64,000 nt of DNA. It comes from Fibrobacterales bacterium. Its GTDB lineage: Bacteria; Fibrobacterota; Fibrobacteria; Fibrobacterales; JAOPTW01. The DNA is taken from contig JAOPTW010000014.1 in assembly GCA_051532035.1 (NCBI GenBank), positions 1-64,000 of the forward strand, read 5' to 3'. Shown here in pieces: positions 37,943 to 47,891 of the stretch. The notes beneath the pieces were generated by a model. That model was not told the origin of the DNA and made no database searches. It worked only from the letters and a program-made list of their open reading frames with translations. Positions within the stretch are counted from its first letter, which is position 1; each line of letters starts with the position of its first letter. The position numbers and the translations under genes were made by a program.

Positions 37943-38749
37943 ATGACACAACGAGTGTTGGTAACCGGCGCCTCTTCGGGTGTCGGACTTGCTACCGCTA
38001 ATCTCCTTACAACTCAAGGTTTCGAAGTCATTGGCACCTGTCGTTCGTTCGAACGCTTTTCTACTCAAAATACATCATACTCTTTTACCATGCTTGAGCT
38101 TGACCTCAGCAGGCAAGAATCAATAGACACCTTCTTATCCTCGTCAACAGTAAACATAGCTACAATCAATATCTATATCGCTAATGCGGGCATAGGAGAG
38201 GTTGGTTCTGTAGAAGATACCCCACTTCAAAGTTCACGTACTCTCTTTGAAGTAAATTACTTTGGACACGTTGCTCTTATTCAAGCGCTCCTTCCTTACT
38301 GGAGAGAACATAGAACAGGAACAATCATTGCACTTGGCTCATTGGTCACCAGGCTCCCCTTCCCTTTTAAAGCACAGTACTGTGCGAGTAAAGCAGCCTT
38401 TACCAACTTCTTACTTGCCCTTGACATGGAAGTAGTCGAATTTGGTATTCGCACTCATATACTAGAGCCCGGCTGGATACGATCTGAGTTTCATAATCGA
38501 TTATCGCCAGTGATTAATTCAGAGACTCCGTACCAAACAAAATTTGGTCCCTTTCTTGACCATAAGAAAGACCAATCAACAAAGTACCCTGATGGACAGA
38601 GTGTTGCAAAAGTTATTCATAAAATCATTGTAGAAAAACCATCACAAATCATTATTAGTGTTGGTCCAGATGCCAAATGGGTAAAGCGTTGGGTCAAGAT
38701 ACTTCCCTATCAGGTTGTTCGTTGGTTGCTACTCAAGTATATAGGATAA
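37943..38749 (+). CDS. Classical short-chain dehydrogenase/reductase
   Basis: TGASSGVG, NAG, YCASK and EPG. Confidence 0.9.
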   Translation: MTQRVLVTGASSGVGLATANLLTTQGFEVIGTCRSFERFSTQNTSYSFTMLELDLSRQESIDTFLSSSTVNIATINIYIANAGIGEVGSVEDTPLQSSRTLFEVNYFGHVALIQALLPYWREHRTGTIIALGSLVTRLPFPFKAQYCASKAAFTNFLLALDMEVVEFGIRTHILEPGWIRSEFHNRLSPVINSETPYQTKFGPFLDHKKDQSTKYPDGQSVAKVIHKIIVEKPSQIIISVGPDAKWVKRWVKILPYQVVRWLLLKYIG

Positions 38750-39115
38750 GGTAAAATCAAACAGCTCTATCCTATAATGTTTCTACCGGGCTACAATCAA
38801 CACACTATCGATATAGACAGTATACGGTGCCAAGCCAGACCGGTCTACCCAATAGTGCCACTAGTAAACGGGGTATTATCAAGCACCAATACCGCTCTGC
38901 ATGGCTTGCTCACATTCTCCATTCCCCCTCAAATTACAAGTCATTTATGATTTCTGATACAGCAAAATCTACCATCGTTACAGGTGAAGTAGATGATATA
39001 TCCCAGGGATCATTTCCTCTACTTCAGAAGGATTAGTAGATACTATCATGATCAATAATGTACTTTACAGCGCTGATCATTATAAAATGTAAATATGAAA
39101 CGATAGAGCCAAAGC

Positions 39116-39742
39116 CTACTTATAAGAATAATCAAATCGAAGTGAATTTCTTACCATCTCGAACGCTTCTCGAGAATCAAATCGTTTTTCAGTATCTGAA
39201 AGTACTATTTGAATATCAAAATCATCCCGGATAAACAGGTACTCTCTAAATTTGAGGTCCATATTTTGTATTGTTGCAGTATACTCAATCATAGCAACAT
39301 CAGTGTCGTCAATCTCTGTCACCTCTGAATCAGTAATGTCAACTCCAGAGGCCATACGAGTTACACCCTTCTTATATTCAGACAATATATCGTCCATATC
39401 ATAGGTTCCATTGTGCGTTGTAATTACCACAACAATGTTTTCTGTAAAGTCATCATTATCGCGACCCTCACCCAAACAAAAGAGCGGCGAATACACCCCA
39501 TTTAACTCTTCCTCGCCATCACAATCCCAATCCCAATCAATTTCAAAAGTAAACTCAAGCTCATCATGTTCGACAAAAGTACCTCTGTCATAATTTTCTA
39601 AATCAATATCATCAACTATTTTTTGCTCTTTTTCTGTCATACATTGATAGCCATTTGCCGGAGCACATGCCTTTTCACTCTCAAAAACACATGAGGTAAT
39701 GAGCGTAACAGCTGCGAGTAGGAGTATTTTAAATAAGTGCAT
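39116..39742 (-). CDS. Hypothetical lipoprotein (PsbP/DcrB-like fold possible)
   Basis: LITSC lipobox; FTFEI...W, ENIVVVI and terminal F..VRNSLRF pattern. Confidence 0.65.
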   Translation of the reverse strand: MHLFKILLLAAVTLITSCVFESEKACAPANGYQCMTEKEQKIVDDIDLENYDRGTFVEHDELEFTFEIDWDWDCDGEEELNGVYSPLFCLGEGRDNDDFTENIVVVITTHNGTYDMDDILSEYKKGVTRMASGVDITDSEVTEIDDTDVAMIEYTATIQNMDLKFREYLFIRDDFDIQIVLSDTEKRFDSREAFEMVRNSLRFDYSYK

Positions 39743-39913
39743 TGGGTATCCTTTGATTCAATAGTTCAGCAAATTGAATATTCAAAAACAATAAAGGTCA
39801 ATAATATAAAACTCACTCGCAGCTGTTAATGGTTACTATCAGTAAGCACCTGTTGAGCAGTACATTTCACCTCGTGAATATGTAATACAGACTTTCACCT
39901 TTCAAATAGCCAT

Positions 39914-39948
39914 AAAAAAGCATCCCGATATACACTCAGGATGCTTTT
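39914..39948 (-). terminator. Intrinsic terminator of the sialidase gene
   Basis: AAAAGCATCC/GGATGCTTTT stem with an A-run on the left. Confidence 0.7.
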
Positions 39949-40025
39949 ATATTATAACTCAAAACCCTTAGAGAAGAGATAATCTATATCAACACTTGTT
40001 ACGTTATTTTTTGTATCACTTCATT

Positions 40026-42092
40026 CTAATCAAAACTTACATCAACAACCAATTCTGAATCATCGATATCAGTATTCTCATACAAATCTTGAATGTCTGA
40101 CTCACTCAACACTTTCTTATAGATTTTAATCTCATCAAGGACACCTTTAAAGTATTCACTGTACCCTGTTGATGCACCGTTGTTAGGGCGAGCGCCAAAA
40201 AGATATCCAAAGTCGGTGAGTTCAGCAAAGGAGTTGTCCTTGAACGCGCCACTGATAGTCTTTTTTAAAGCAGTATCAATATATACATCCAAATCATCGC
40301 CACTACGCACCACAGTAAACATTCTCCAATCATCACCACTACTAAAGCTCAAATCACTCGCCCCTTCGCCACCATCATTCACCAATGTCTTAACACTCGT
40401 ATTAGTTACCCTTGTCCAAAGAGCATCACGTACTGTACCCAGTGTAAAAAACCAGAAGAGTGACTGATTATCACTATTGAGCGAATGAGCCTTATACCAA
40501 AAGTTCATTGTAAATTCACCCGTAATGAGATTATTATCATTTTTTGCAATATGAAGATAACTCCCTCCATCAAGGTAGGCCCCCTTACCAAACTTACCTT
40601 CATCTACGATTTCACCAGTCCCTCCAGATTTCTGAGTATAAATATGGGCAACACTGTTACTGAGAGAGGCATCTTCAAGTGGTATCACTCTGGCGGCAAG
40701 GTCACCAACATCGAACGATTTAAAAAGAATGCCATTATGTTCAACAATCATACCTACGGTGTTATCATCCATCATCACCAAATCAGAATAGGCAGATCCA
40801 CCAGATATAAACTGCTTAGGAAAACTCCACGTCTGTCCACCATCATAACTTTCACGAACGCCTACATTATCTCGACCATCCCTTTTTAATGGCGCCGAGT
40901 AGAGGAGTCTATCACCAGCATCCAAAACAGACCCCATTACCACAGGACCCGAATACATAGAAGAATTCCACATACGCGAAACCGTCTCTCCACCATCTTT
41001 ACTGATTGATTCAGCCCGAACCATCCCAGGTCCATATTCGACATCTTGTATGCCAGTCCGTGAAACAACAAGTATATCACCATTATCAAGTTCAACAAAT
41101 TCTGATTCATTTGGATTATACACCCCATCATCCTTATGAGTGGTAAACCCTTTTACCCAGGTGATACCGTGATCATCAGAGTAGAGGCAATGCACCGTTC
41201 CTTTATTATATCCTGTTACATACCCCCAAAGAGGTACTATAAGACGTCCACGATTTGATTTTTTCAATTGAATGCCATGCCCCGGACCAGGCATGATCAA
41301 AGTAAAAGGAAGGTCACTAAGAATATGAGTAATATCTTCCTGATCTGTCCAGGTTGTCCCCTCATCATCTGAATACCTTCTATAAAGGCGCGGGTTTGAT
41401 GGCGACCCTTCACTTCCCTCATATTTACTATACAATATAACAAGGCGATTGATAACAGCATCCCACACCGGAGCAATATTTCCGGTAGGATGTACACCTT
41501 CATCACCAACGATTGTTTGACTATGCCAGGTTCTTCCACCATCATCAGAGAGTGAAATAACCGCTTCTTTATTTGCATGGTCAGACCAGTCTTCACGTTC
41601 TTCGGTTACTGCAACGAGCCTTCCAGAACTGGTCATTACAATACCAGGGATCCGATGTACTGGGCGGCTATGGTAAAAAGGATTACTTTGATTTCCACCT
41701 GGAAACTCTTTATCTGACTTACTAAATACTATGCCATCATCAGATGACTCTTCTAAAGATGATTGAGGCTCAGAAGATGAAATTTCGTCTGAAGCCAATA
41801 CGACAGATGATAAAGCAGATGATACCTCACTTGACGACAATTCTACAAGGCTACTCCTTTCTGCATCACTCGACTCTTCATCAACTGAACTCAATACTGA
41901 AGAACGTTCAATACTCATTGATGAAGAAGAAACAGTTTCAGGTGATTCCGTTTCATTCTCACTACTTGAAGATTCATCAACTCCTTCTGATGAATCACCA
42001 TCTTCAAAAGCCACTCCATCAGGCTGTTCTGAACAGTGAAAAAGAACTCCCGCTAATCCAATCAATACCACTCTATGTATATTATGTATCAT
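40026..42092 (-). CDS. GH33 sialidase-family lipoprotein with C-terminal LamG/ConA-like domain
   Basis: Start moved from 42221 to the ATG at 42092 (GAGGG RBS, VLFHC lipobox); Ser-rich linker; HRIP, five Asp-boxes (SDDGGRTW, SDDEGTTW, SDDHGITW, SKDGGET, SYDGGQTW), PNE, SAYS; FKGVLDEIKIY. Confidence 0.88.
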   Translation of the reverse strand: MIHNIHRVVLIGLAGVLFHCSEQPDGVAFEDGDSSEGVDESSSSENETESPETVSSSSMSIERSSVLSSVDEESSDAERSSLVELSSSEVSSALSSVVLASDEISSSEPQSSLEESSDDGIVFSKSDKEFPGGNQSNPFYHSRPVHRIPGIVMTSSGRLVAVTEEREDWSDHANKEAVISLSDDGGRTWHSQTIVGDEGVHPTGNIAPVWDAVINRLVILYSKYEGSEGSPSNPRLYRRYSDDEGTTWTDQEDITHILSDLPFTLIMPGPGHGIQLKKSNRGRLIVPLWGYVTGYNKGTVHCLYSDDHGITWVKGFTTHKDDGVYNPNESEFVELDNGDILVVSRTGIQDVEYGPGMVRAESISKDGGETVSRMWNSSMYSGPVVMGSVLDAGDRLLYSAPLKRDGRDNVGVRESYDGGQTWSFPKQFISGGSAYSDLVMMDDNTVGMIVEHNGILFKSFDVGDLAARVIPLEDASLSNSVAHIYTQKSGGTGEIVDEGKFGKGAYLDGGSYLHIAKNDNNLITGEFTMNFWYKAHSLNSDNQSLFWFFTLGTVRDALWTRVTNTSVKTLVNDGGEGASDLSFSSGDDWRMFTVVRSGDDLDVYIDTALKKTISGAFKDNSFAELTDFGYLFGARPNNGASTGYSEYFKGVLDEIKIYKKVLSESDIQDLYENTDIDDSELVVDVSFD

Positions 42093-42453
42093 TCTCATAT
42101 CCCTCGTTGTGCCCTTGTGTCGTGCCTGCCTTATCCCTTCTCTAAAAATACCCCCAATCACCAACAACAAACTCAAGTCCCCCATTCTTCCCTCAATAGT
42201 TGTTGACATTTGCTGACACACAAAAAGGATAATTATAGTTGTTTTAGGATAATTTTCATAAAATAAGCACTTAGATTGACATGTGTATTATCGAAAATCA
42301 AGGATACCAGCTTCTGAAGTCCCATCCTTACTCTCTAATACCGCTATTACCTCTCGTTAACAGATACGGTAAATCAATATGGATAAAAACACATCAATTA
42401 TTTAAAAAACCACAATACCCAAACAGACTTTTAATGTAATACCAAGTTTTTCC

Positions 42454-42480
42454 TCAAGTTTTACTTTAAATTACCGATAA
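42454..42480 (+). promoter_or_regulatory. Sigma28 (FliA)-type promoter
   Basis: TCAAGTTT-N11-ACCGATAA versus consensus TAAAGTTT-N11-GCCGATAA; exact spacing, 107 nt upstream of the ATG at 42588. Confidence 0.75.
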
Positions 42481-42587
42481 TAATAATGGGAAGAGAATAT
42501 TTATGCCCAAATGTCTATTTTAAACGTAGGGAAGACGGAAAATAGACGTATACAAAAAGAGCGTAGATCGGAAGAGTAGGTATCGTT

Positions 42588-43565
42588 ATGGCTGATGAAA
42601 ATATCAATAGTCAAGGATTAGACGCAGCAATAAATCGTCAAGAATTTAAATTCGACATAGATGTCGACCGCACCCAACTTGCCAAAAAAGTTGAGCATGA
42701 TGGAGAAGTCGAGGATAAGGGTTACTCCGAAGAGGCTGAGCAAGCAAAAAGCTCTCAACCAGATTTCAATGTAACCATAAGTCTCCGAGCCCAAGAACTC
42801 GCTGTTCAAAATTCCGTGGGTAAAGAGGAGAGTTATGAAGTTGTTCAAAAGATCAACCTCAATAGTGAACTCTCAGGTGAGCGAAATCAATCATTTATCA
42901 ATCAAGCTGACTCGGCTCAAGAGTATATTGATAGAATCAATACGCTACAAGCCGAAAATCAAAACACTACTCAACGTGATATTAACCTCCAGAACGAGAG
43001 TGCTTTTAACTCACCCCAGCAACAAGATGAAATCACGTATCAGCAATCAGTTCTTGAAAGCCGTAGAAACCAAGCTTCTCGTATTGCCGAGTCCTACCAA
43101 CTCAACTCTCGGTTAGAGTCAAATGCAAACTCAGAGGGTACCCCTTTTAATCAACTCAACTTTGCCAATGCTCAAGAGACTTATAAAAGTGGGAACGAGG
43201 AAACACCCTTAGCTGGCACCCCTTCTGAGTCTGCCTCTCCAGAAAACAACAGTAATGTATCCGCTCAAATTCAAAGCGTTGAGCGGGATGAAAGCGACAA
43301 CACCCTGCTTCAACAAGCTGCTGGAGACGAGACCGGTGTGCAACGACAACGACAGCAGCGAGAAGAACGTTTTGCCCCTCCCTCCACTCGTGACACTCCT
43401 GAAGAACGACAGGCGGTAGAAAACGAGGTTATTCAACAGGAAGAGAACCGTGATGAGGTGACTGAAGTCGACAATGAACAAGCCGAAGAAACCTATCTTG
43501 AACGCCTGAGACAGCAGAGTGATGTCATAATTGATCGGTATCGAGAAGGTCGAATATTTGAGTAG
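42588..43565 (+). CDS. Hypothetical acidic Gln/Glu/Asn-rich protein, probably in the flagellar regulon
   Basis: 325 aa, low complexity, no signal peptide; contains VTISLRAQELA; downstream of the sigma28-type promoter. Confidence 0.7.
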   Translation: MADENINSQGLDAAINRQEFKFDIDVDRTQLAKKVEHDGEVEDKGYSEEAEQAKSSQPDFNVTISLRAQELAVQNSVGKEESYEVVQKINLNSELSGERNQSFINQADSAQEYIDRINTLQAENQNTTQRDINLQNESAFNSPQQQDEITYQQSVLESRRNQASRIAESYQLNSRLESNANSEGTPFNQLNFANAQETYKSGNEETPLAGTPSESASPENNSNVSAQIQSVERDESDNTLLQQAAGDETGVQRQRQQREERFAPPSTRDTPEERQAVENEVIQQEENRDEVTEVDNEQAEETYLERLRQQSDVIIDRYREGRIFE

Positions 43566-43625
43566 CTAGAATACACTCAATACTCTTTTTTTGTATCTTT
43601 TAACAACCTCTCATTTCTGGTTGTT

Positions 43626-46600
43626 ATGTTAAAAAAGCTGATTATCTGGTCTATTATTATTGGAATTTTCACCGGGCTTCTTGCCTATGGTGCCATTTTC
43701 ATCTATCTCCCATCGCAAGATCCCAATAATGAGATGACGAAAGATGCTATTCTCAATACTCTTAAGAGTGAAACAGTCGTACTCTATGAAGATGAAGATA
43801 CTCAACTGGGCGCCTTTTTCAGTAAAGAACACCGACGCTATGCAAACTATGCAACCATTCCTCAACACATCGTTCAAGGACTCATAGCTGGTGAAGATCA
43901 AAACTACTTTTCACACGAAGGCTTTGACTATAAAGGTTTTGCGCGTGCACTCTTTAAAACCCTAACCACAGGAAAAAAACAAGGGGGCTCTACCCTTACC
44001 CAGCAAGCAGCAAAAAACCTCTTTTCACTCTATGACCGAACGCTCACTCGAAAAGTGAAAGAACTCATTTATGCGAAGCGTCTTGAATACTATTTTACCA
44101 AAGAGCAGATATTAGAATTTTACCTCAATCAATTCTACGTTTCTGGTACCGGGCGCGGAGTTGCCATTGCCGCCAAATACTTTTTTAACAAAACACTCGA
44201 CCAATTAACCCTGAGAGAATGTGCCTTTATTGCCGGATCTGTAAAAGGCCCCTCAAACTACGACCCTTTTATTAAACGCACTCAAAAGCGCAAAGACAAA
44301 GCCCTTAAACGAGGGGTTTATAGAACCAACTACATTCTTAACCGTATGCATGCAGAAGGATACGTCTCTGAAACAGAACTATCACAAGCAATCAACGACA
44401 CCCTCGCTTTTGACAAAGGCAACTTTAAAAGTGCACTCTCTACCCCTATGAGTTGGGTCTATCAAAAACTCCAGTCCGAAGAGATGCAAAAAGTACTCAT
44501 TGATGAAGGGCTTGTTCCTTGGGAAGAGTCTCAACTCACTATTGTTACCACCTTACGTAAAGACCTTCAAGATGGACTAGTACATAGTAATAGAAAAAAC
44601 CTCTCTCGTCTTGAAACCCTCATCAAAGGGTATAAAAAACCAACACGAGAGACTCCTTCAAAATATTCCTACACTACACCCGGTGAATTTGGTTATGGTA
44701 AAATCGAGCGCATAGAACGATCTAAAAAAGGTTCTATCACGAAGGTCTACATATCAATGGGGCAAGTAGAGGGTACCATTGAAAAGAAAGAATTAAAAAA
44801 GTGGGCGCTCAAACAAGCATCACATATCTATGGGCGCACGTGGTCACTCACCTCAAAACTATACAACACTCTTGTTAATCCTCTTATACAGCCCGGTACT
44901 ATTCTCTATCTCAGAACGATCAATACTCCTTTAGAACTCACCGATGCGCAATACAGTATTGAACAAGAGCCCACTATAGAAGGAGCCAGTTATCTACTGC
45001 ATCAAGGTAAAATACGAGGAGTGAGTAACGGTTTTCGCAATCGAGGCTATGACCGAATTTCTCGAGCAAATCGCCAATTTGGATCCTCGTGGAAACCACT
45101 CCTCTATGCCACGGCTTTAGAGAATGGCTGGGGATACATGGACCTCCTTGAAAATGAAAACAATGTATTCCAATATTCAACCAGCTTTTATTTTCCTAAC
45201 CCCGACCATAAAAAAAGAGGTAACCAAGTCAGTCTTACTTGGGCAGCGACGCGTTCAGAGAACATCGCCTCAATCTACCTACTCACCCATTTATTAGATA
45301 AGCTCCCCAGTGGTGAGTTCTGGAAACACGCTGAACGTTTTAGTTTTACCCCATCTGCAAGTGAGTCCGACAAAGCATACTATGAACGCCTGAGGGATTC
45401 ACTGGGCTTGCATCTCAATAAAAAGGCAAACCTCGAAATCAGATTCGCCAAAGCCAAACAACAGCTTATGACTGAGCTCGCCTTTTTAGAAGACATCGAG
45501 CAAATTAAATTTGTGAAACAGATGCAGTGCGGCCATGGCTTTAAGAAGCAATATGCAAAGCAAAAAAATCCATCGACCAAAAAGTTTCTGCTCAACAACT
45601 TCCTCTTCCATACCGCAGCACTGAATGGTATTGATAAACGCCCCGTTTACTACAATGCATTACTCAACCGCTATGGAAGTTTTTTAAGAAAACCTGATAT
45701 CAATTGGAAAGCCCTCCCCAAAGAATCGACACGCCCTTCAAATGACTCCATCTACATTAATGGTGGCATCCAAAAGCTCTATCTTGACTCACTCGTAGCT
45801 CTCATTGGTTCTCCACTCAAGAGAAATGAGATGATACAGCCTGAAAACTTACGGTTCCTCCCTGACTTCAACACGAGCCTTTCAATGGAAGTCTACATCG
45901 ATTTTTGCAGACGGGCTGGTATCACACAACCCCTCGAAAAAGTGCTCTCACTCCCCCTTGGGGCTAATGACATTCACCTCTCAGAACTTACACATGCCTA
46001 CGAAACCATCCTTTCGGGAAAACAATACAAAGGTGCCCTCACTGAATGGGGAGAGGGTGTGCTCATTGAAAAAATTTACAACAGTGATGGCGAAATTATT
46101 TTCGAAAATGATGTAGAAGAGCGGAAAGTACTCAACGATACTCTTGTAGCCCAGATGGCAATTATGCTGAGATCAGTTATAGAGAATGGCACCGGGCGTT
46201 TGGCAAATCGCACTGTAGCAATTAAAAACCCAGAATCTGATGAACGGTTTCAATTCCCCCTCTACGGCAAAACCGGTACGACCAATAGTTTTAGAAATGC
46301 CGCCTTCCTCGGCGGGGTTGCTGGATGGGACGAAACAACAGATGGCTTCACCCCCTATGCAGGTCATACAATAGGAAGCTATGTAGGATTTGACAACAAC
46401 AGACCAATGATATCTAAGGCACTCAAAGTATCTGGCGCCTCAGGCCCCCTCCCTCAATGGTCAGATATGGCGCATGTCATTCTTTCCTCAGACTCGCTCT
46501 ATACAAAGGTCGACTTTCTCGATTTTGAGCTCCTTATCTCAAAAAAAATAACGCCGAAGAACTCTCTCTGGGGAGTCCAAAAAGCTGTCGATCCGCTGAG

Positions 46601-46667
46601 CGGTATTTTCCATACTAATGATACTCATTCAAATACACTCCCCTACATTTACACCATTAAGGAATAG
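43626..46667 (+). CDS. mrcA: Class A penicillin-binding protein (PBP1A-like transglycosylase/transpeptidase)
   Basis: GT51 motifs EDQNYFSHEG, GGSTLTQQ, RKVKE and KEQILEFYLN; TP motifs SSWK, SEN and KTGT. Confidence 0.9.
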   Translation: MLKKLIIWSIIIGIFTGLLAYGAIFIYLPSQDPNNEMTKDAILNTLKSETVVLYEDEDTQLGAFFSKEHRRYANYATIPQHIVQGLIAGEDQNYFSHEGFDYKGFARALFKTLTTGKKQGGSTLTQQAAKNLFSLYDRTLTRKVKELIYAKRLEYYFTKEQILEFYLNQFYVSGTGRGVAIAAKYFFNKTLDQLTLRECAFIAGSVKGPSNYDPFIKRTQKRKDKALKRGVYRTNYILNRMHAEGYVSETELSQAINDTLAFDKGNFKSALSTPMSWVYQKLQSEEMQKVLIDEGLVPWEESQLTIVTTLRKDLQDGLVHSNRKNLSRLETLIKGYKKPTRETPSKYSYTTPGEFGYGKIERIERSKKGSITKVYISMGQVEGTIEKKELKKWALKQASHIYGRTWSLTSKLYNTLVNPLIQPGTILYLRTINTPLELTDAQYSIEQEPTIEGASYLLHQGKIRGVSNGFRNRGYDRISRANRQFGSSWKPLLYATALENGWGYMDLLENENNVFQYSTSFYFPNPDHKKRGNQVSLTWAATRSENIASIYLLTHLLDKLPSGEFWKHAERFSFTPSASESDKAYYERLRDSLGLHLNKKANLEIRFAKAKQQLMTELAFLEDIEQIKFVKQMQCGHGFKKQYAKQKNPSTKKFLLNNFLFHTAALNGIDKRPVYYNALLNRYGSFLRKPDINWKALPKESTRPSNDSIYINGGIQKLYLDSLVALIGSPLKRNEMIQPENLRFLPDFNTSLSMEVYIDFCRRAGITQPLEKVLSLPLGANDIHLSELTHAYETILSGKQYKGALTEWGEGVLIEKIYNSDGEIIFENDVEERKVLNDTLVAQMAIMLRSVIENGTGRLANRTVAIKNPESDERFQFPLYGKTGTTNSFRNAAFLGGVAGWDETTDGFTPYAGHTIGSYVGFDNNRPMISKALKVSGASGPLPQWSDMAHVILSSDSLYTKVDFLDFELLISKKITPKNSLWGVQKAVDPLSGIFHTNDTHSNTLPYIYTIKE

Positions 46668-46669
46668 TA

Positions 46670-47884
46670 ATGAAACACTTATCACTTATCGCCAGTTGCT
46701 GTGTATCACTTATTGCCTTTGGGTGTAGCGCTACTACCCCGGTCAACAATGACGTTCGTCGCCCCGACCCTACAAAGCGCATTATTACCGATACTCTTTT
46801 TATTATAGATTCTACAGAGTCAAAGCATGACACAGCAATTGAGTTTATCCCACTCACGGATTGGAGTGAAGAGAAGTCTCACTGTGATAGTGATCAGGTA
46901 CCAGCCTTCAACTTCGATCAACTCAGTGACTGTATTGCTCACTCTATGCGCATGGGTAACTACTCTCAAACATTAGACCTCTTTAAACTCCTCCCCACCC
47001 GTGATCAAGAAAAACGATTACTCCAGCAAAAAACAACACTCAATGCACTGCTATTAAAAAGTGAGAGTCATACCAAAGAGGGAGAAGTACTGACGAATGA
47101 ACTCACCACAGACCAAGAGCACTATCGCATTATGAGTGGTGTCGCTAAAAATCAGACCGAAATGCAGACTATGGACTCCTCAGAGGTGATAACTAAATGG
47201 GAAGGACTAATCCACAAGCTTAACCGAAAAATATTTATGAAAGCTCAGTATCATGAAATTACCTATATGATCGATGCAATGGGTGGAACCCCACCCACAC
47301 CCGACATTGCACAGCAGATTGATGGACTGCTCAAAAAAGTTATAAGTCGAGACCTTAAAAATGCTCAAGTTATTCTCGATCAATTAAAAGAGGCGATGAA
47401 TATAAAAGGTGATTTTACCTTGGCCCGCACCAAACTCGATGAGCTGAATAAAAAATATCGCCATATTGAGAAAGAGTACCTCTACAGTAAATTGGCCATT
47501 GCTATTGACCAAAAAGAGCAGGAGTTTAACACGACGACCTCTGTTAAAAATAGCGATGCCCTACTAGCAGAAGCGAAATCAGGTATTTCTCAAGGGCAGT
47601 ATCTCATGGCACTTGAACTCCTTCAATCGATACAACACACCAAGCATCGGGCCGAAGTACAACAGCTCATGAAAGAGATTGGCAATAACTATTGTAAAGA
47701 AAAGCGCGTATTAGCCTCGCAAGACCTTAAAGAGTCTTTTAGTCACCGAGGCTCCTCGACTGAACGATCGTTACTCGAACGCGCATTAAACCATTTAAAT
47801 CAATGCATTGAGACATTCCCAGCCAATGATTACCGAGAAACTATTTTAAAGAATAGAGCTGTATTAGAAAAACGATTAGATTAA
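46670..47884 (+). CDS. Hypothetical all-helical (TPR-like) lipoprotein
   Basis: LIAFGC lipobox; amphipathic helical repeats; starts 2 nt after the PBP1A stop. Confidence 0.7.
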   Translation: MKHLSLIASCCVSLIAFGCSATTPVNNDVRRPDPTKRIITDTLFIIDSTESKHDTAIEFIPLTDWSEEKSHCDSDQVPAFNFDQLSDCIAHSMRMGNYSQTLDLFKLLPTRDQEKRLLQQKTTLNALLLKSESHTKEGEVLTNELTTDQEHYRIMSGVAKNQTEMQTMDSSEVITKWEGLIHKLNRKIFMKAQYHEITYMIDAMGGTPPTPDIAQQIDGLLKKVISRDLKNAQVILDQLKEAMNIKGDFTLARTKLDELNKKYRHIEKEYLYSKLAIAIDQKEQEFNTTTSVKNSDALLAEAKSGISQGQYLMALELLQSIQHTKHRAEVQQLMKEIGNNYCKEKRVLASQDLKESFSHRGSSTERSLLERALNHLNQCIETFPANDYRETILKNRAVLEKRLD

Positions 47885-47891
47885 GGATTTC

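Noticed and set aside
38750..39115. 69-aa ORF 38827..39036, or a decayed minus-strand gene (fragments such as SGLAPYTVYIDSVLIVAR)
   Set aside because: No RBS or motif for the ORF; the fragments are interrupted by stops and match nothing I recognise. A tBLASTx search would be needed.
39522..39540. (CAATCC)n microsatellite as a phase-variation switch
   Set aside because: Only about three units, and a 6-nt unit keeps the frame (encodes DWDWD).
42093..42221. N-terminal 43 aa of the 731-aa sialidase ORF call
   Set aside because: The RBS and lipoprotein signal fit a start at 42092; the extension is probably not translated.
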